Source: Nitrospirota bacterium (GTDB lineage: Bacteria > Nitrospirota > Nitrospiria > Nitrospirales > Nitrospiraceae). From it: a stretch of DNA of 64,000 bases. This document shows, piece after piece, positions 9,582 to 19,838 of the stretch. A model generated the notes under the pieces. That model saw nothing but the letters and a program-made list of their open reading frames with translations. It searched no databases and was not told the origin of the DNA. Numbering within the stretch: the first letter of the stretch is position 1; each line of letters opens with the position of its first letter. Location of the stretch: NCBI GenBank assembly GCA_046734935.1, contig JBKPSD010000080.1:2605-66604 (forward strand), given 5' to 3'. A program made the translations under genes and the position numbers.

Positions 9582-10610
9582 ATGCGACTACGGCCGTTCG
9601 TCGAAAATATCCTTGTGCTAGGTCAAAGCAATTTGGCCAATGAAGTCACCGAGGAAATGCGCAAGCGCAGGCGGTACCGTATTCTTGACCTCATGGAGCC
9701 GGGCGAGCCCGGACGTGTCTTCAAAGACGGCGTACCCTTTGTCGGCACCCTGGACCGGGGATTGCGGACGATTCCCCGCACGCACCGGATCGTGGTCGCG
9801 CTGAGCGAGCGCAGAGGCCGGCTGCCCATTGAGGCGCTGCTCGACGCGAAGCGACAGGGCGTGGCCATCGAAGACGCGGTTCATGTGTATGAACGCCTGA
9901 CGGGCAAGCTTGCGCTCGAGCAATTGCAGCCCAGTCATCTCATTTTTGCCCCGGAACTGGGCCGCAAATCGCTCCATACCATTTTGCTGCGGCTGCTGAG
10001 CGTATTGCTGGCCGCAGCCGGCATCGTGGTGTTTGCGCCCCTGTTTGCTGCGATCGCCTTGCTCATCAAATGGGATTCGGCGGGACCTGTCTTCTTCCGA
10101 CACGAGCGGATTGGAAAACAGGGCAGAAAGTTCTCGCTCATAAAGTTTCGCACCATGAACCCGTTCGCGCCTTCGAGATCGGAATGGGTGAGGGACAACG
10201 GTGACCGCATTACCAGGGTGGGACGCTGGCTGCGCAAATACCGCCTGGACGAACTGCCCCAGCTGTTCAATGTCCTCATGGGTCACATGAATCTGATCGG
10301 ACCTCGCCCGCATCCGGCGTCCAACTATCATCTCTTCATGCGCAATATTCCGTTTTACGCGTTCAGGGCCACCGTGCACCCGGGCATCACGGGGTGGGCG
10401 CAGGTGCGGTATGGCTATGCCAACGACCTCCAGGAAGAGATCGAAAAAATGCGGTACGACATGTATTACATCAAGTATCACTCCTTCCGGCTGGATGCGG
10501 AGATCATTCTTCGCACTTTCGCCGTCATCGTGGTGGGCACCGAATCGCCTCGGGTCAGCTCGATGACGAAGGAAGAGGACGCCCGCTTCGATCAGCAATC
10601 GGCCGCCTAG
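9582..10610 (+). CDS. Priming phosphoglycosyl transferase (WcaJ/WbaP family, N-terminally short)
   Basis: DSAGPVFF, KFRTM, RITRVGRWLRKYRLDELPQLFNVL.G.M.LIGPRP, PGITGWAQV. Confidence 0.9.
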   Translation: MRLRPFVENILVLGQSNLANEVTEEMRKRRRYRILDLMEPGEPGRVFKDGVPFVGTLDRGLRTIPRTHRIVVALSERRGRLPIEALLDAKRQGVAIEDAVHVYERLTGKLALEQLQPSHLIFAPELGRKSLHTILLRLLSVLLAAAGIVVFAPLFAAIALLIKWDSAGPVFFRHERIGKQGRKFSLIKFRTMNPFAPSRSEWVRDNGDRITRVGRWLRKYRLDELPQLFNVLMGHMNLIGPRPHPASNYHLFMRNIPFYAFRATVHPGITGWAQVRYGYANDLQEEIEKMRYDMYYIKYHSFRLDAEIILRTFAVIVVGTESPRVSSMTKEEDARFDQQSAA

Positions 10611-10653
10611 CGAGGGGCAACAATTTTCCGAACGAGCGTACCCGCTTTTCAGC

Positions 10654-11973
10654 ATGGCACAAGAACTCGAACTTGAATGGTGGCGGCCGCACACGGCTCA
10701 GGCGACGCAGGAAGCAGCGCCTGTGGAAACCGTGCATCCCGATGAGCCAACGGCGGCGCTGCCGTTCTGGTCGGTGATGGCGTTTACCGCTGTTCTGTTG
10801 TTCTCTCCCCAGACGTACATACCGGCCCTCGGTCCGCTGCGTCCGGCGCTGACCATCATTGTCATCGGCGTCTTGTCCTATGCGGCCGACCGATGGGCCA
10901 GAAGACTACCCCTCATTGAATGGAATCTCGAGACCGGCCTCATCGCCGGCATGGCGTTGTTGGCAATGGCCACCCTTCCGTTTTCGTTGTGGCCGGGAGG
11001 CAGTGTTGCGGTGTTGTCAGATTACGCAAAGACGGCGGCGATCTTTCTCCTGTTGAGTCATGTGGTCACCACCATGGCACGTCTGCGCCTGGCAGCGTGG
11101 CTCCTCACCTGTATGGCCATCGGTCTTGGCTTCTTTGCGCTCTACAACTTTCTCACCGGCGCCATGATCGATCAGGGCATCAATCAGGACCGGCTCGTCG
11201 GCAATGAGGGAGCGTTGACGAAAAATCCCAATGACATGGCTCTCATGGTCAATCTGCTGCTGCCGTTGACCGTCGCCTTGTTTCTCTCCGCGAAACACGC
11301 CTGGCAGCGCCTGGCGCTGTTCGCCGCCATCGGCACGGAAACCGCCACGGTCGTGCTCACCTATTCCCGCGGCGGCGCCATTACGCTCGCCGTGATCCTG
11401 TTGGCGTATACCTGGAAGCTTCGTCACAGACAGGAGCGCTCGTGGATCTACGCCGGGCTCTTGGCGGCGGTGCTGGCCCTTCCGCTGCTGCCGTCATCTT
11501 ATTTCGACCGTCTGAGCACGATCACGAACGTGCAGGCCGACCGTACCGGATCTGCGCAGGAGCGGATCGCTGACATGATCATCGCCGGGAAAACAATTCT
11601 GGCAAACCCCATCATCGGGGCAGGCATGGGCATGAACATGCTCGTGATGCGGGAAGCGCGAGGCGGCTGGCTTGGAGTTCACAACGTGTATCTCGAACAT
11701 GCGCTCGACCTGGGATTGATCGGATTAGGCATCTTTTTGGCGCTTGTGTGGTCGTGCCTCAGGGCAGTGAAGAAAATCCAACGAGAAACCTCGTCGCTCG
11801 AATTGTTCTTTCTCGCGCAGGGCCTTCAGATCAGCCTCATTGCCTATGTCACCGCAGCGATGTTTCACCCGGTCAGTTATCAATACTATTTCTATTACAT
11901 CGCGGGGTTGGCCATCGGCGCAAGGGCCATCGCCGGTGCTTCATCAGTTCGTGCGTCGGAGGTCGAGGCATGA
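10654..11973 (+). CDS. O-antigen ligase/Wzy-like polymerase
   Basis: Multi-TM protein with NPND, TYSRGG, NPIIGAGMG and VHNVYLE motifs. Confidence 0.85.
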   Translation: MAQELELEWWRPHTAQATQEAAPVETVHPDEPTAALPFWSVMAFTAVLLFSPQTYIPALGPLRPALTIIVIGVLSYAADRWARRLPLIEWNLETGLIAGMALLAMATLPFSLWPGGSVAVLSDYAKTAAIFLLLSHVVTTMARLRLAAWLLTCMAIGLGFFALYNFLTGAMIDQGINQDRLVGNEGALTKNPNDMALMVNLLLPLTVALFLSAKHAWQRLALFAAIGTETATVVLTYSRGGAITLAVILLAYTWKLRHRQERSWIYAGLLAAVLALPLLPSSYFDRLSTITNVQADRTGSAQERIADMIIAGKTILANPIIGAGMGMNMLVMREARGGWLGVHNVYLEHALDLGLIGLGIFLALVWSCLRAVKKIQRETSSLELFFLAQGLQISLIAYVTAAMFHPVSYQYYFYYIAGLAIGARAIAGASSVRASEVEA

Positions 11974-13211
11974 ATTGTCCTTCTCGGTTTGAAGTGGACG
12001 AGCAGCTAGCAATGGCCGTGCCTGACGGCGGGAAGATCGCCGCCAGGCCCGACGAGCAGATCCGTCTGCTGAAGTTCTTGGCCTATCTGGCGATCGGCGG
12101 CTCAGAACGACAGGTCCTTAACATCAAGCAGGGCATCGATAAGTCGCGGTTCGACGTCCATCTTGGATGCTTCGGCCGTTTTGACGAGCAGATCGGAGTT
12201 GATCTCACCGACACACCGCTGGAAGTCTATAAAATCCGGAAACTGTACGGCGTACGGACGATCAAGGAAGGCCTCCGGCTGGCTTCCTATCTCCGGCAAA
12301 ATCGGATCGACATCGTGCATGCGTATAACTTCTATGCCAACGTGTTCGCCTTGCCGGCGGCGCGGCTGGCGCAGGTCCCGGTTGTCCTGGCATCCATCAG
12401 GGACACCGGGGAGATCTGGACGGCGCGGCAACGGGCGGTCAATAAGCTGGTGTGCCGTTTAGCCGACCGCGTCGTCGTCAATGCAGAAGCAATCAAGCGG
12501 GGCCTGATTGCCGACGGCTATCGTCCCGAGCGCATCATTGTCGTTCCCAACGGCATCATGTGTGCGCCGTTGCGTACCGCAGCGGACCGGTCTCTGCACC
12601 AGGAGTTCGGACTGTCTCCCGACGATGTGTTGATCGGCGTGGTGTCTCGTATTGCGAGGCTCAAAGGTCTCGAATATTTTCTCGCTGCTGCCCCTGACGT
12701 TCTGGCCCGCATTCCTCGTGCGAAGTTTTTGATCATCGGCGACAACTCCTTCAATCCGGAATACCGGGAAGAACTGAAGCAGCAAACCATCCGGCTCGGA
12801 ATCCAGGACCGCGTGATTTTCACCGGCTTCCGTCTCGACGTGCAGAACATCCTCTCGTCGCTGGCGGTGTCCGTACTTCCATCGCTCAAGGAAGGTCTGT
12901 CCAACTCCTTGCTCGAATCCATGGCCGCGGCCGTTCCGGTGGTGGCGACCGACGTGGGAGGCAATCCCGAGGTGGTGGTCCACGGAGAGACGGGATTGTT
13001 GGTGCCTCCGACGAATCCCGGTGCGCTCGCCGAGGCCATTTGCAGAGTGCTGCTGACGCCGGGGCTGCGCCAAACCTTCGGCCAGGCCGGACGACGGCGG
13101 GTAGTCGAGCATTTTTCCAATGAGCGCATGATCAGGACGGTCGAACGAATGTACGAAGATCTGTTGCAAACGAGCCGCAGGCAATCGCCAGCGACCGCAT
13201 CCCAACTGTAA
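11970..13211 (+). CDS. Glycosyltransferase family 4
   Basis: IGGSERQ, DIVHAY, PSLKEGLSNSLLESMAAAVPVVATDVGGNPEVV. ATGA overlap with upstream stop. Confidence 0.9.
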   Translation: MNCPSRFEVDEQLAMAVPDGGKIAARPDEQIRLLKFLAYLAIGGSERQVLNIKQGIDKSRFDVHLGCFGRFDEQIGVDLTDTPLEVYKIRKLYGVRTIKEGLRLASYLRQNRIDIVHAYNFYANVFALPAARLAQVPVVLASIRDTGEIWTARQRAVNKLVCRLADRVVVNAEAIKRGLIADGYRPERIIVVPNGIMCAPLRTAADRSLHQEFGLSPDDVLIGVVSRIARLKGLEYFLAAAPDVLARIPRAKFLIIGDNSFNPEYREELKQQTIRLGIQDRVIFTGFRLDVQNILSSLAVSVLPSLKEGLSNSLLESMAAAVPVVATDVGGNPEVVVHGETGLLVPPTNPGALAEAICRVLLTPGLRQTFGQAGRRRVVEHFSNERMIRTVERMYEDLLQTSRRQSPATASQL

Positions 13212-13221
13212 CTGGTGCCGC

Positions 13222-14364
13222 GTGCGTATCGAAGTCATCACCGAGTACTCGAAGTTCCTCGCACTAGGATCGGCGTGGGACAAGCTGTTGGCGCGCTCGG
13301 GCATCGACCATCCGTTTCTCACGCACGAATGGATCAGCATCTGGTGGGACTGTTTCGCCGAAGAGGCGACGCCGTACATTCTGACGGTCGTTTCGGGCGT
13401 CGATATCATTGCCATCGCACCGTTGATGTTGAGCCGGGCGCGGCTCTATGGGTGTCCCGTCCGGCGTCTGCAGGCCATTGTCAACGTGTACACCGAACGG
13501 TTCGACCTGCTGTTAGGCGAGCGTCCGGAGGAGGCGTCTGAAGTCATCTGGACCTATCTCAAAGACCATGCAGACGAATGGGACGTGTTGGAATTGCGGC
13601 AGCTTCCGAGCGATTCTCGGGCGCTCAAGTACTTCGCTCCGCTCATCGAAAGAGACGGCTACCGGGAGGGCCGCTGGTTGGCGAACGAGGCGCCCTATGT
13701 CGCCATTCGGCAGCCTTGGGACAGCTATTATCAGTCGCTGAAAAAGGCTCATCGCGCAAACATGAGGAACCACTCTAGACAGTTGGAGCGCCAGGGGCCT
13801 CTGACGCTCGACATCGTGGCCATCGACGACCGGTGGGAAGCGGATATGGAAGATGCGCTCAAGCTGGAAGCGGTGACCTGGAAGGTCCATGAAGGCACAT
13901 CACTCCGTAGCCGGAGCGAATCGACCGTCTTTTACCGGCGGATGCTGCGCAGTGCGGCGAAGTTGGGTTGGCTGCACATGTGCTTCCTGAAGGTGGGGGC
14001 GTCACGCATCGCGGTGCGGATATCGCTCCTGTACTGCAACAAATTGTTCATGCTCAAGTCGGGGTACGACGAGGCCTATCACCGCTATTCTCCCGGCCAG
14101 GTTTTGACGGAGCGTCTGCTGCGTGACGCGTGGGAAAAAAAATTAGACGAGGTGGATTTTTTGGGCGACGACGAGCGGTGGAAGCTCAGTTGGGCGACCG
14201 ACCGCCGGCCGCATACATGGCTCTTCGTGTTTCCCGACAGGGTGAAGACTCGTTTTCTGCACGGGATGAAATTTCGGGTCATCCCCGGCCTCAGGCAATC
14301 GAATCTGTTCCCCACGGTCCGGCGGACGATGATGAAGCTCGGCGTCTCCGTTCATGGCGATTAA
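13222..14364 (+). CDS. CelD/BcsL-type GNAT acyltransferase (paralog 1)
   Basis: HPFLTHEWISIWW, IAIAPLM, LKSGYD..Y...SPG, VDFLGDDERWK. Confidence 0.85.
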   Translation: MRIEVITEYSKFLALGSAWDKLLARSGIDHPFLTHEWISIWWDCFAEEATPYILTVVSGVDIIAIAPLMLSRARLYGCPVRRLQAIVNVYTERFDLLLGERPEEASEVIWTYLKDHADEWDVLELRQLPSDSRALKYFAPLIERDGYREGRWLANEAPYVAIRQPWDSYYQSLKKAHRANMRNHSRQLERQGPLTLDIVAIDDRWEADMEDALKLEAVTWKVHEGTSLRSRSESTVFYRRMLRSAAKLGWLHMCFLKVGASRIAVRISLLYCNKLFMLKSGYDEAYHRYSPGQVLTERLLRDAWEKKLDEVDFLGDDERWKLSWATDRRPHTWLFVFPDRVKTRFLHGMKFRVIPGLRQSNLFPTVRRTMMKLGVSVHGD

Positions 14365-15595
14365 CGAGGGTGACGGCCGCATGATGTATGTTCCTGCCTG
14401 GCAAGGATTGACGCTTCGGCATTTTGGAGCGGCAACGGCCGATTCGCCGGCGCCGTTTCCTCTCGGCCACCGCTGCGGCCACGGCTTTCACACGGCCAGA
14501 AGCGCGATTTATCACTTGTTCAAGCAGCTGGTGGCGTCCGGTCGCCGGCGCGTTCTGGCTCCGGATTACCATATGGGCAACGAGCTGCGCGCCATCCGGG
14601 CGGCGGGAGCCGACGTGGAGTTATACACGATCGACAAGCACGGATGCCCGGATCTGGCCTCCCTCTCTCGCCAGGCGGCGCGAGGGGCGGACGTGCTGTT
14701 CACGATTCACTATGCCGGATGGGCGCAACCGGTCGGCGAGCTGCGCGCGCTGTGCGACACCCACGGACTGCGGTTGGTCGAAGACTGCGCGCTGGCCTTG
14801 TTGAGCGAAGCCGAGGGACGGCCGTTGGGATTGTTCGGCGATTACGCCGTCTTTTGCCTGTACAAGACCCTGCCGGTCCTGGATGGAGGCCTGCTCGTCC
14901 AAAATCGCCATGCGTTTGCCGACCTTGATCATCTGCCGATGCGAGCGATCGGCCGCGCTTTTGAATTCGGACAAGCCTTACAGTTGTGGCTCGAACGCTT
15001 CCGGAGCCGGGCGCCACGGTCCGGGGCGGCCATCACGGCAGTCAAGCGCCGGATCGGTGCGCTGCTGACCGCCCTGCGGGTCACGCGAGTGCCGGTCGGA
15101 GACATTGGCTTCAACGTGATGGATGCCGACATTGCCATGTCGGGCTGGTCCGAGGGACTCCTCGCTCGGCTCGATTACAAAGCGATCCGCCAAATTCGGC
15201 GCAAGAATTTTGCCCTCCTCGCCGATCTCCTTGCTGAATCGGGCATCACGCCGTGGCGTGAACTCGAGGCGGGGACCTGTCCGCTCTTTTTCCCACTTCT
15301 GGTGAAGGACAAAGCGGCGGCGGCCCGAAAGCTGAGGGAGGCCGGTGTCATTGCGACGGAGTTATGGAACGAGGGAGATCCCATGTCGGCTCAGCTGGAA
15401 GGGCGGGCATCGAGATTTCTGCGGCGGCACGTCCTCGAGCTGCCGATTCATCAAGACGTCAGAGAAGCCCAGATCCGGTATATGGCCCGGCAGGTGTCCG
15501 AGGCACGGATCGCGTTGGAGCAGACCCCGGTCAAGAGGTCGCCGCGCACCGCGGGCCGACGCCCTCGCAGCACGCGCCAACCGGTCGCATCATGA
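14354..15595 (+). CDS. DegT/DnrJ/EryC1-like PLP-dependent enzyme
   Basis: ARSAI, IHYAG, LVEDCALAL, FCLYKTLPVLDGG (PLP Lys), LELPIHQD. Start may be 14381. Confidence 0.75.
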   Translation: MAINEGDGRMMYVPAWQGLTLRHFGAATADSPAPFPLGHRCGHGFHTARSAIYHLFKQLVASGRRRVLAPDYHMGNELRAIRAAGADVELYTIDKHGCPDLASLSRQAARGADVLFTIHYAGWAQPVGELRALCDTHGLRLVEDCALALLSEAEGRPLGLFGDYAVFCLYKTLPVLDGGLLVQNRHAFADLDHLPMRAIGRAFEFGQALQLWLERFRSRAPRSGAAITAVKRRIGALLTALRVTRVPVGDIGFNVMDADIAMSGWSEGLLARLDYKAIRQIRRKNFALLADLLAESGITPWRELEAGTCPLFFPLLVKDKAAAARKLREAGVIATELWNEGDPMSAQLEGRASRFLRRHVLELPIHQDVREAQIRYMARQVSEARIALEQTPVKRSPRTAGRRPRSTRQPVAS

Positions 15596-15763
15596 GCGGT
15601 AGGAGGCCTTGCAAGATGTACTCAAGCGCCGGCATCCGGCCATTGGCCTTAGCTGTCGCCGCTGAACGACATTCATCGAATTCCAATCAGGAGTCATCCA
15701 ATTTTATTGAACTGTTTTACATCTTGGCGCCGGACCGGATCCGGGAATGAGGAGGGAACAGTC

Positions 15764-17002
15764 ATGGATACGGCGACAATCGTACCGGCCGTAGACGATG
15801 CGTCTCGGAACGGCTCCAGGTTGACAAAGCCTATGGCACAGACACAGCGGGAAACGACGGGCCTTCGCGTGGAGGTGATCGAGGATGACGCGGCCTTTCT
15901 GAGGATGGGGCCGGTTTGGAACCGGCTGGTGGATGAAGCCAGCATCGATCATCCGTTTCTACGGCATGAATGGGTCCGGACGTGGTGGGAATGTTTCAAG
16001 CCTGATGGCAGGCTGCACATTCTCGTGGTCATGGAAGGTCCGGAACCCATTGCCATTGCGCCACTCATGTTTGACCGTGGACGGGTCTACGGCTGGGCCG
16101 TTCGCCGGCTGCGCGGGATCGCCAACGTCTACACCGAGAGGTTCGACCTCATTCTGACGCGGCGGCCGAAGGACGCGTGTCAGGCCATCTGGAAGTTCCT
16201 CGCGGCGGAAGCTTCACAGTGGGACATGCTGGAGTTGCGGCAGATCCCGGAGAATGCGCGCGCGGCCGAATATTTGCGATTCTCGGCGTTTGAGGACCAC
16301 TTTCTCCTCGGACAATGGCATTCGTCTGACGGTCCTTTCATCCCGATCAATCAGCCCTGGGAGAGTTACACCAAGTCCCTGTCGAAGAAACATCTTTCGA
16401 ACATGCGCGGGCGGGCGAAGGGTCTGCACCGCATTGGAGAGGTGCGGCATGAAATAGTCACCGGCGGCGAGCACCTGAGCCGCACCCTCGACGAAGCGTT
16501 CCTCCTGGAGGCCGCCGCGTGGAAAGGGAAAGCGGGGACGGCCATCATGAATCAGCCCGACCGGCTCGCGTTCTATCGCAGCTTTCTCACCAGGGCCTCG
16601 GACCAGGGATGGTTGCAGCTGCATTTCCTGACGGTCGAGAGCAAGCGGATTGCCGTGCAAATTGCCCTGCGGATCCAAAACAAACTGTACATATTGAAAT
16701 CCGGGTACGATCCGCACTATGCGCCGTTCGCGCCCTCGCTGTTGCTCTGCGAGATGATGCTGCGGGATGCGTGGAAATGCCAGCTGACGGAAGTGGATTT
16801 TCTTGGCGACGCCGAACGCTGGAAACTGGAATGGACGAGCCATACGCGGGCGCATTCCTGGGTCTTCATTTTTCCCAACCGGTTGCGAAATAGGCTGCTG
16901 CATCATTTTAAATTCATGCTGCTGCCGCGCATTCAGAATCATCCGTTGTATCGACTGTTGAAATCGGCCGGCCGACGAATCGGCCTGAATTTGCACGACT
17001 GA
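15764..17002 (+). CDS. CelD/BcsL-type GNAT acyltransferase (paralog 2)
   Basis: HPFLRHEWVRTWW, IAIAPLM, NVYTERFDL, LKSGYD, VDFLGDAERWK. GAGGAGG RBS. Confidence 0.85.
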   Translation: MDTATIVPAVDDASRNGSRLTKPMAQTQRETTGLRVEVIEDDAAFLRMGPVWNRLVDEASIDHPFLRHEWVRTWWECFKPDGRLHILVVMEGPEPIAIAPLMFDRGRVYGWAVRRLRGIANVYTERFDLILTRRPKDACQAIWKFLAAEASQWDMLELRQIPENARAAEYLRFSAFEDHFLLGQWHSSDGPFIPINQPWESYTKSLSKKHLSNMRGRAKGLHRIGEVRHEIVTGGEHLSRTLDEAFLLEAAAWKGKAGTAIMNQPDRLAFYRSFLTRASDQGWLQLHFLTVESKRIAVQIALRIQNKLYILKSGYDPHYAPFAPSLLLCEMMLRDAWKCQLTEVDFLGDAERWKLEWTSHTRAHSWVFIFPNRLRNRLLHHFKFMLLPRIQNHPLYRLLKSAGRRIGLNLHD

Positions 17003-17023
17003 TTGCAAGGCGGCAATTCTGCC

Positions 17024-18664
17024 ATGAACGCATTGGCGATCTATCGGATAGGCAAGTGGTGCTACGAGCGGAGGATCCCGCTCGTCCCGCGGGTGGCGTA
17101 CGCAGCCATGTACCTCTTGAATCGCGCCGTCATTCCGATGTCGGTTGAATTCGGGGAGGGGACGGAATTGGCGTATGGCGGCCTCGGGATCGTGCTCCAC
17201 GAACGGACGAGGATCGGGCGGTATGTGTCGATCGGACATGATGTCACCATCGGCGGGCGTTCCCGGCGATGGGGGGTGCCGGTGATCGCCGATCGGTGCG
17301 TGATCGGGGCCGGAGCGAAGCTGCTGGGACCCATTTCCATCGGCGAGGCCTCGGTGATCGGCGCCAACGCCGTCGTCCTCGACGATGTGCCGCCCCACTG
17401 CGTGGTGGCCGGCATGCCGGCGAAAATCGTCCGGGAGGGCATTGACATTCAGGACTACAGCTGCCTCCAGCCGCCGGAGGAAGGCGACCGCCTGTCGTTC
17501 CGTGCCTCGAATAATCTGCTAATCAATATCATCGAAGACGCCGGGAGGCTTTCGCATCTGGTCGACGAGTGGACCGAGCTCGTGGAGAACAGCGAGCAGG
17601 ATGCCCTGTTTTTGACGCCTGAATGGCTCACCACCTGGTGGCGGTGCTTCGAGCGTGATGAATGGACGCTTCGTCTGGTCACCGTCCGGCGGCAGAGCCA
17701 GCTCCTCGGCATTGCTCCATTGTTCTCACGCCCGCGGAAATTCGGCGGCTTGATGACCCATCAATCCTACGAATTCCTCGGCACGGGAATCGTCGGATCC
17801 GATTATTTGGACGTCATCGCGAGGCGCGGAGAAGAGGCAATGGTCCGTGTGGCGCTGGGCGATTATTTCAATCACGTAAGGCCCATCCTCACCTTGAGCC
17901 ACCTTCTCACCCGCTCTGCCGAGACCAACCATGCGGTGAAGGAACTCGAACTGAACGGCTGGCAGGTCAAGCACAGCGTCATCGAAAGCTGTCCCTACGT
18001 CACGCTGCGCGGCCATACCTGGGAATCGTACCTGGACTCTCTCGGGGCCAATCACCGGTACAACTTCATGCGCCGACTGAAGAACCTTAGAAAGACAGGC
18101 GTCGTCGAGTTCGATGCGGTCGAGAAGGAAGATCAGCGACGCGAGGCATTTCAGGCTTTCCTGGCGCTGCATGCCATGGCGTGGCAGGAACGCGGCGGAT
18201 CCCAGGCAATGCAAACGACAAGGGAACTGGCCTTTCACGAGGCGTTCAGCAGAACCGCCCTCGAGCGTGGGTGGCTCCGACTATTTTTGCTCCGCGTCAA
18301 TGGTCGGCCGGTCGGCGCGCTGTACGGGTTCCGCCGGCGGACGAAATTCTATTTCTATCAGTCCGGGTTTGATCCCGCTTGGCGCAAACACAGCGTCGGA
18401 CTGGTGACGATGGGACTTGCGATCAAGCAGGCATTGGCGGAAGGGGTCGAAGAATACGATCTGCTGCACGGGACGGAAGCGTACAAATTCCGCTGGGCCC
18501 AGGAAACACGGGACTTGTCACGAGTGCATCTGTTTCCGCCGTCCTGGCGGGGGTGGCTGTGTCGAGCCTCGCTCGAGGCCGAGACGCAGGGCAAGCACGC
18601 CGCTCGCCGCTGCCTTCCGCAGACTGTACTCGATCGTTTGATCCAAAGCCGCAGGGGAGCCTGA
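17024..18664 (+). CDS. Fusion: CysE-like hexapeptide O-acetyltransferase + CelD/BcsL-type GNAT
   Basis: N-terminal hexapeptide repeats (PVIADRCVIGAGAKLLGPISIG...VVAGMPAKIV) run in frame into FLTPEWLTTWW...FYQSGFD...YDLLHGTEAYK. Confidence 0.85.
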   Translation: MNALAIYRIGKWCYERRIPLVPRVAYAAMYLLNRAVIPMSVEFGEGTELAYGGLGIVLHERTRIGRYVSIGHDVTIGGRSRRWGVPVIADRCVIGAGAKLLGPISIGEASVIGANAVVLDDVPPHCVVAGMPAKIVREGIDIQDYSCLQPPEEGDRLSFRASNNLLINIIEDAGRLSHLVDEWTELVENSEQDALFLTPEWLTTWWRCFERDEWTLRLVTVRRQSQLLGIAPLFSRPRKFGGLMTHQSYEFLGTGIVGSDYLDVIARRGEEAMVRVALGDYFNHVRPILTLSHLLTRSAETNHAVKELELNGWQVKHSVIESCPYVTLRGHTWESYLDSLGANHRYNFMRRLKNLRKTGVVEFDAVEKEDQRREAFQAFLALHAMAWQERGGSQAMQTTRELAFHEAFSRTALERGWLRLFLLRVNGRPVGALYGFRRRTKFYFYQSGFDPAWRKHSVGLVTMGLAIKQALAEGVEEYDLLHGTEAYKFRWAQETRDLSRVHLFPPSWRGWLCRASLEAETQGKHAARRCLPQTVLDRLIQSRRGA

Positions 18665-18665
18665 C

Positions 18666-19832
18666 ATGGCGCTGCGTACGATGGTCAAGACGGCGTTGGC
18701 TGCCGGGCTTCGATGGACCGGTGCCAACAACGTGATCGAAACGATCAATTCGACCAAGCACATCCCGCTGGTCATCGGGTATCACTCGGTCGTCGAGGAC
18801 ATCCGGATGCATCACGGACGGGCGATTCTGCCGAATCTGATCAGCTGCCAGATGCTGGAGCGGCAGCTGGATTGGCTTGGACAGCACTTCCGGTTCCTGA
18901 CGCTGGATGAACTTGGCGAGCGCTTCGAAAGCGGAGATCCGTTCAACGAGCCGCTGGCGGCCATCACGTTCGATGACGGATATGCGGGCGTCTACCATCA
19001 CGCCCTCCCGTTGCTGCAGCGCAAGGGGATCCCCGCAGGCATCTTCGTCGTGACCGAGACCCTGGGCAGACGGCATTTGCAGGTGTATGACAAGCTGTTT
19101 CTCCTGCTTTCCCGGGTCTTGCCGATGATCCATCACGACGCCGAGCGGTTGGCGAGGCTGTGCGAGAGCCACGACGTCCCGCTCGGCCGGAAGCATGGCT
19201 TGAAAGACAGGATCACAGATCCGTACGCCACCATGAGGCTGCTGTTTACGACCTTGACTCAAAAACAGCTGCGGAGGGCGATCGAGGCATTGGAGACGGT
19301 CATTCAAGTACGGGATGAGGATTTCCCCGCCCTTCACTCCCTGACATGGGACATGGTGCGCGCCCTCGACCGTGCGGGCATGACGATCGGATCCCACACG
19401 CAGACGCACGCGCTATTGACGCTTGAGAACTCGAAGCGCATGGCGAATCAAATTGTGGGCTCGTTGCTGACCCTGCAGGACAAGCTCGGCAAGCCGGTGG
19501 CGCACTTCGCCTATCCGGATGGCCGGTTCAATCCCTCCGTGGTGTCCTGCGTTGCGGAGGCCGGCTACCGGTTCGGCTACACGACCTGCCTTCATCGGGA
19601 CCTCCGGTATCCGTCGCTGACGATCCCGCGGAAAGTGCTGTGGGAAAACTCCTCGCTCGATCCGTTCGAGGGCTTCTCGAGCATTCTCATGCACTGTCAT
19701 GCCCATTGGATTTTCGACCTCTTCCACGGCTGCCAACAGGATCATAGCGACCGCCAAGGAGACGGACAGTCGTCGGCACCGCTTCACAAGAAGCGAGAGC
19801 GTGTCTCCCAGGCGATCTCTTCCTTGATCTGA
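18666..19832 (+). CDS. Polysaccharide deacetylase (CE4/NodB)
   Basis: GYHSV, AITFDDGY, IGSHTQTH, FAYPDG. Confidence 0.9.
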   Translation: MALRTMVKTALAAGLRWTGANNVIETINSTKHIPLVIGYHSVVEDIRMHHGRAILPNLISCQMLERQLDWLGQHFRFLTLDELGERFESGDPFNEPLAAITFDDGYAGVYHHALPLLQRKGIPAGIFVVTETLGRRHLQVYDKLFLLLSRVLPMIHHDAERLARLCESHDVPLGRKHGLKDRITDPYATMRLLFTTLTQKQLRRAIEALETVIQVRDEDFPALHSLTWDMVRALDRAGMTIGSHTQTHALLTLENSKRMANQIVGSLLTLQDKLGKPVAHFAYPDGRFNPSVVSCVAEAGYRFGYTTCLHRDLRYPSLTIPRKVLWENSSLDPFEGFSSILMHCHAHWIFDLFHGCQQDHSDRQGDGQSSAPLHKKRERVSQAISSLI

Positions 19833-19838
19833 CCTCCG

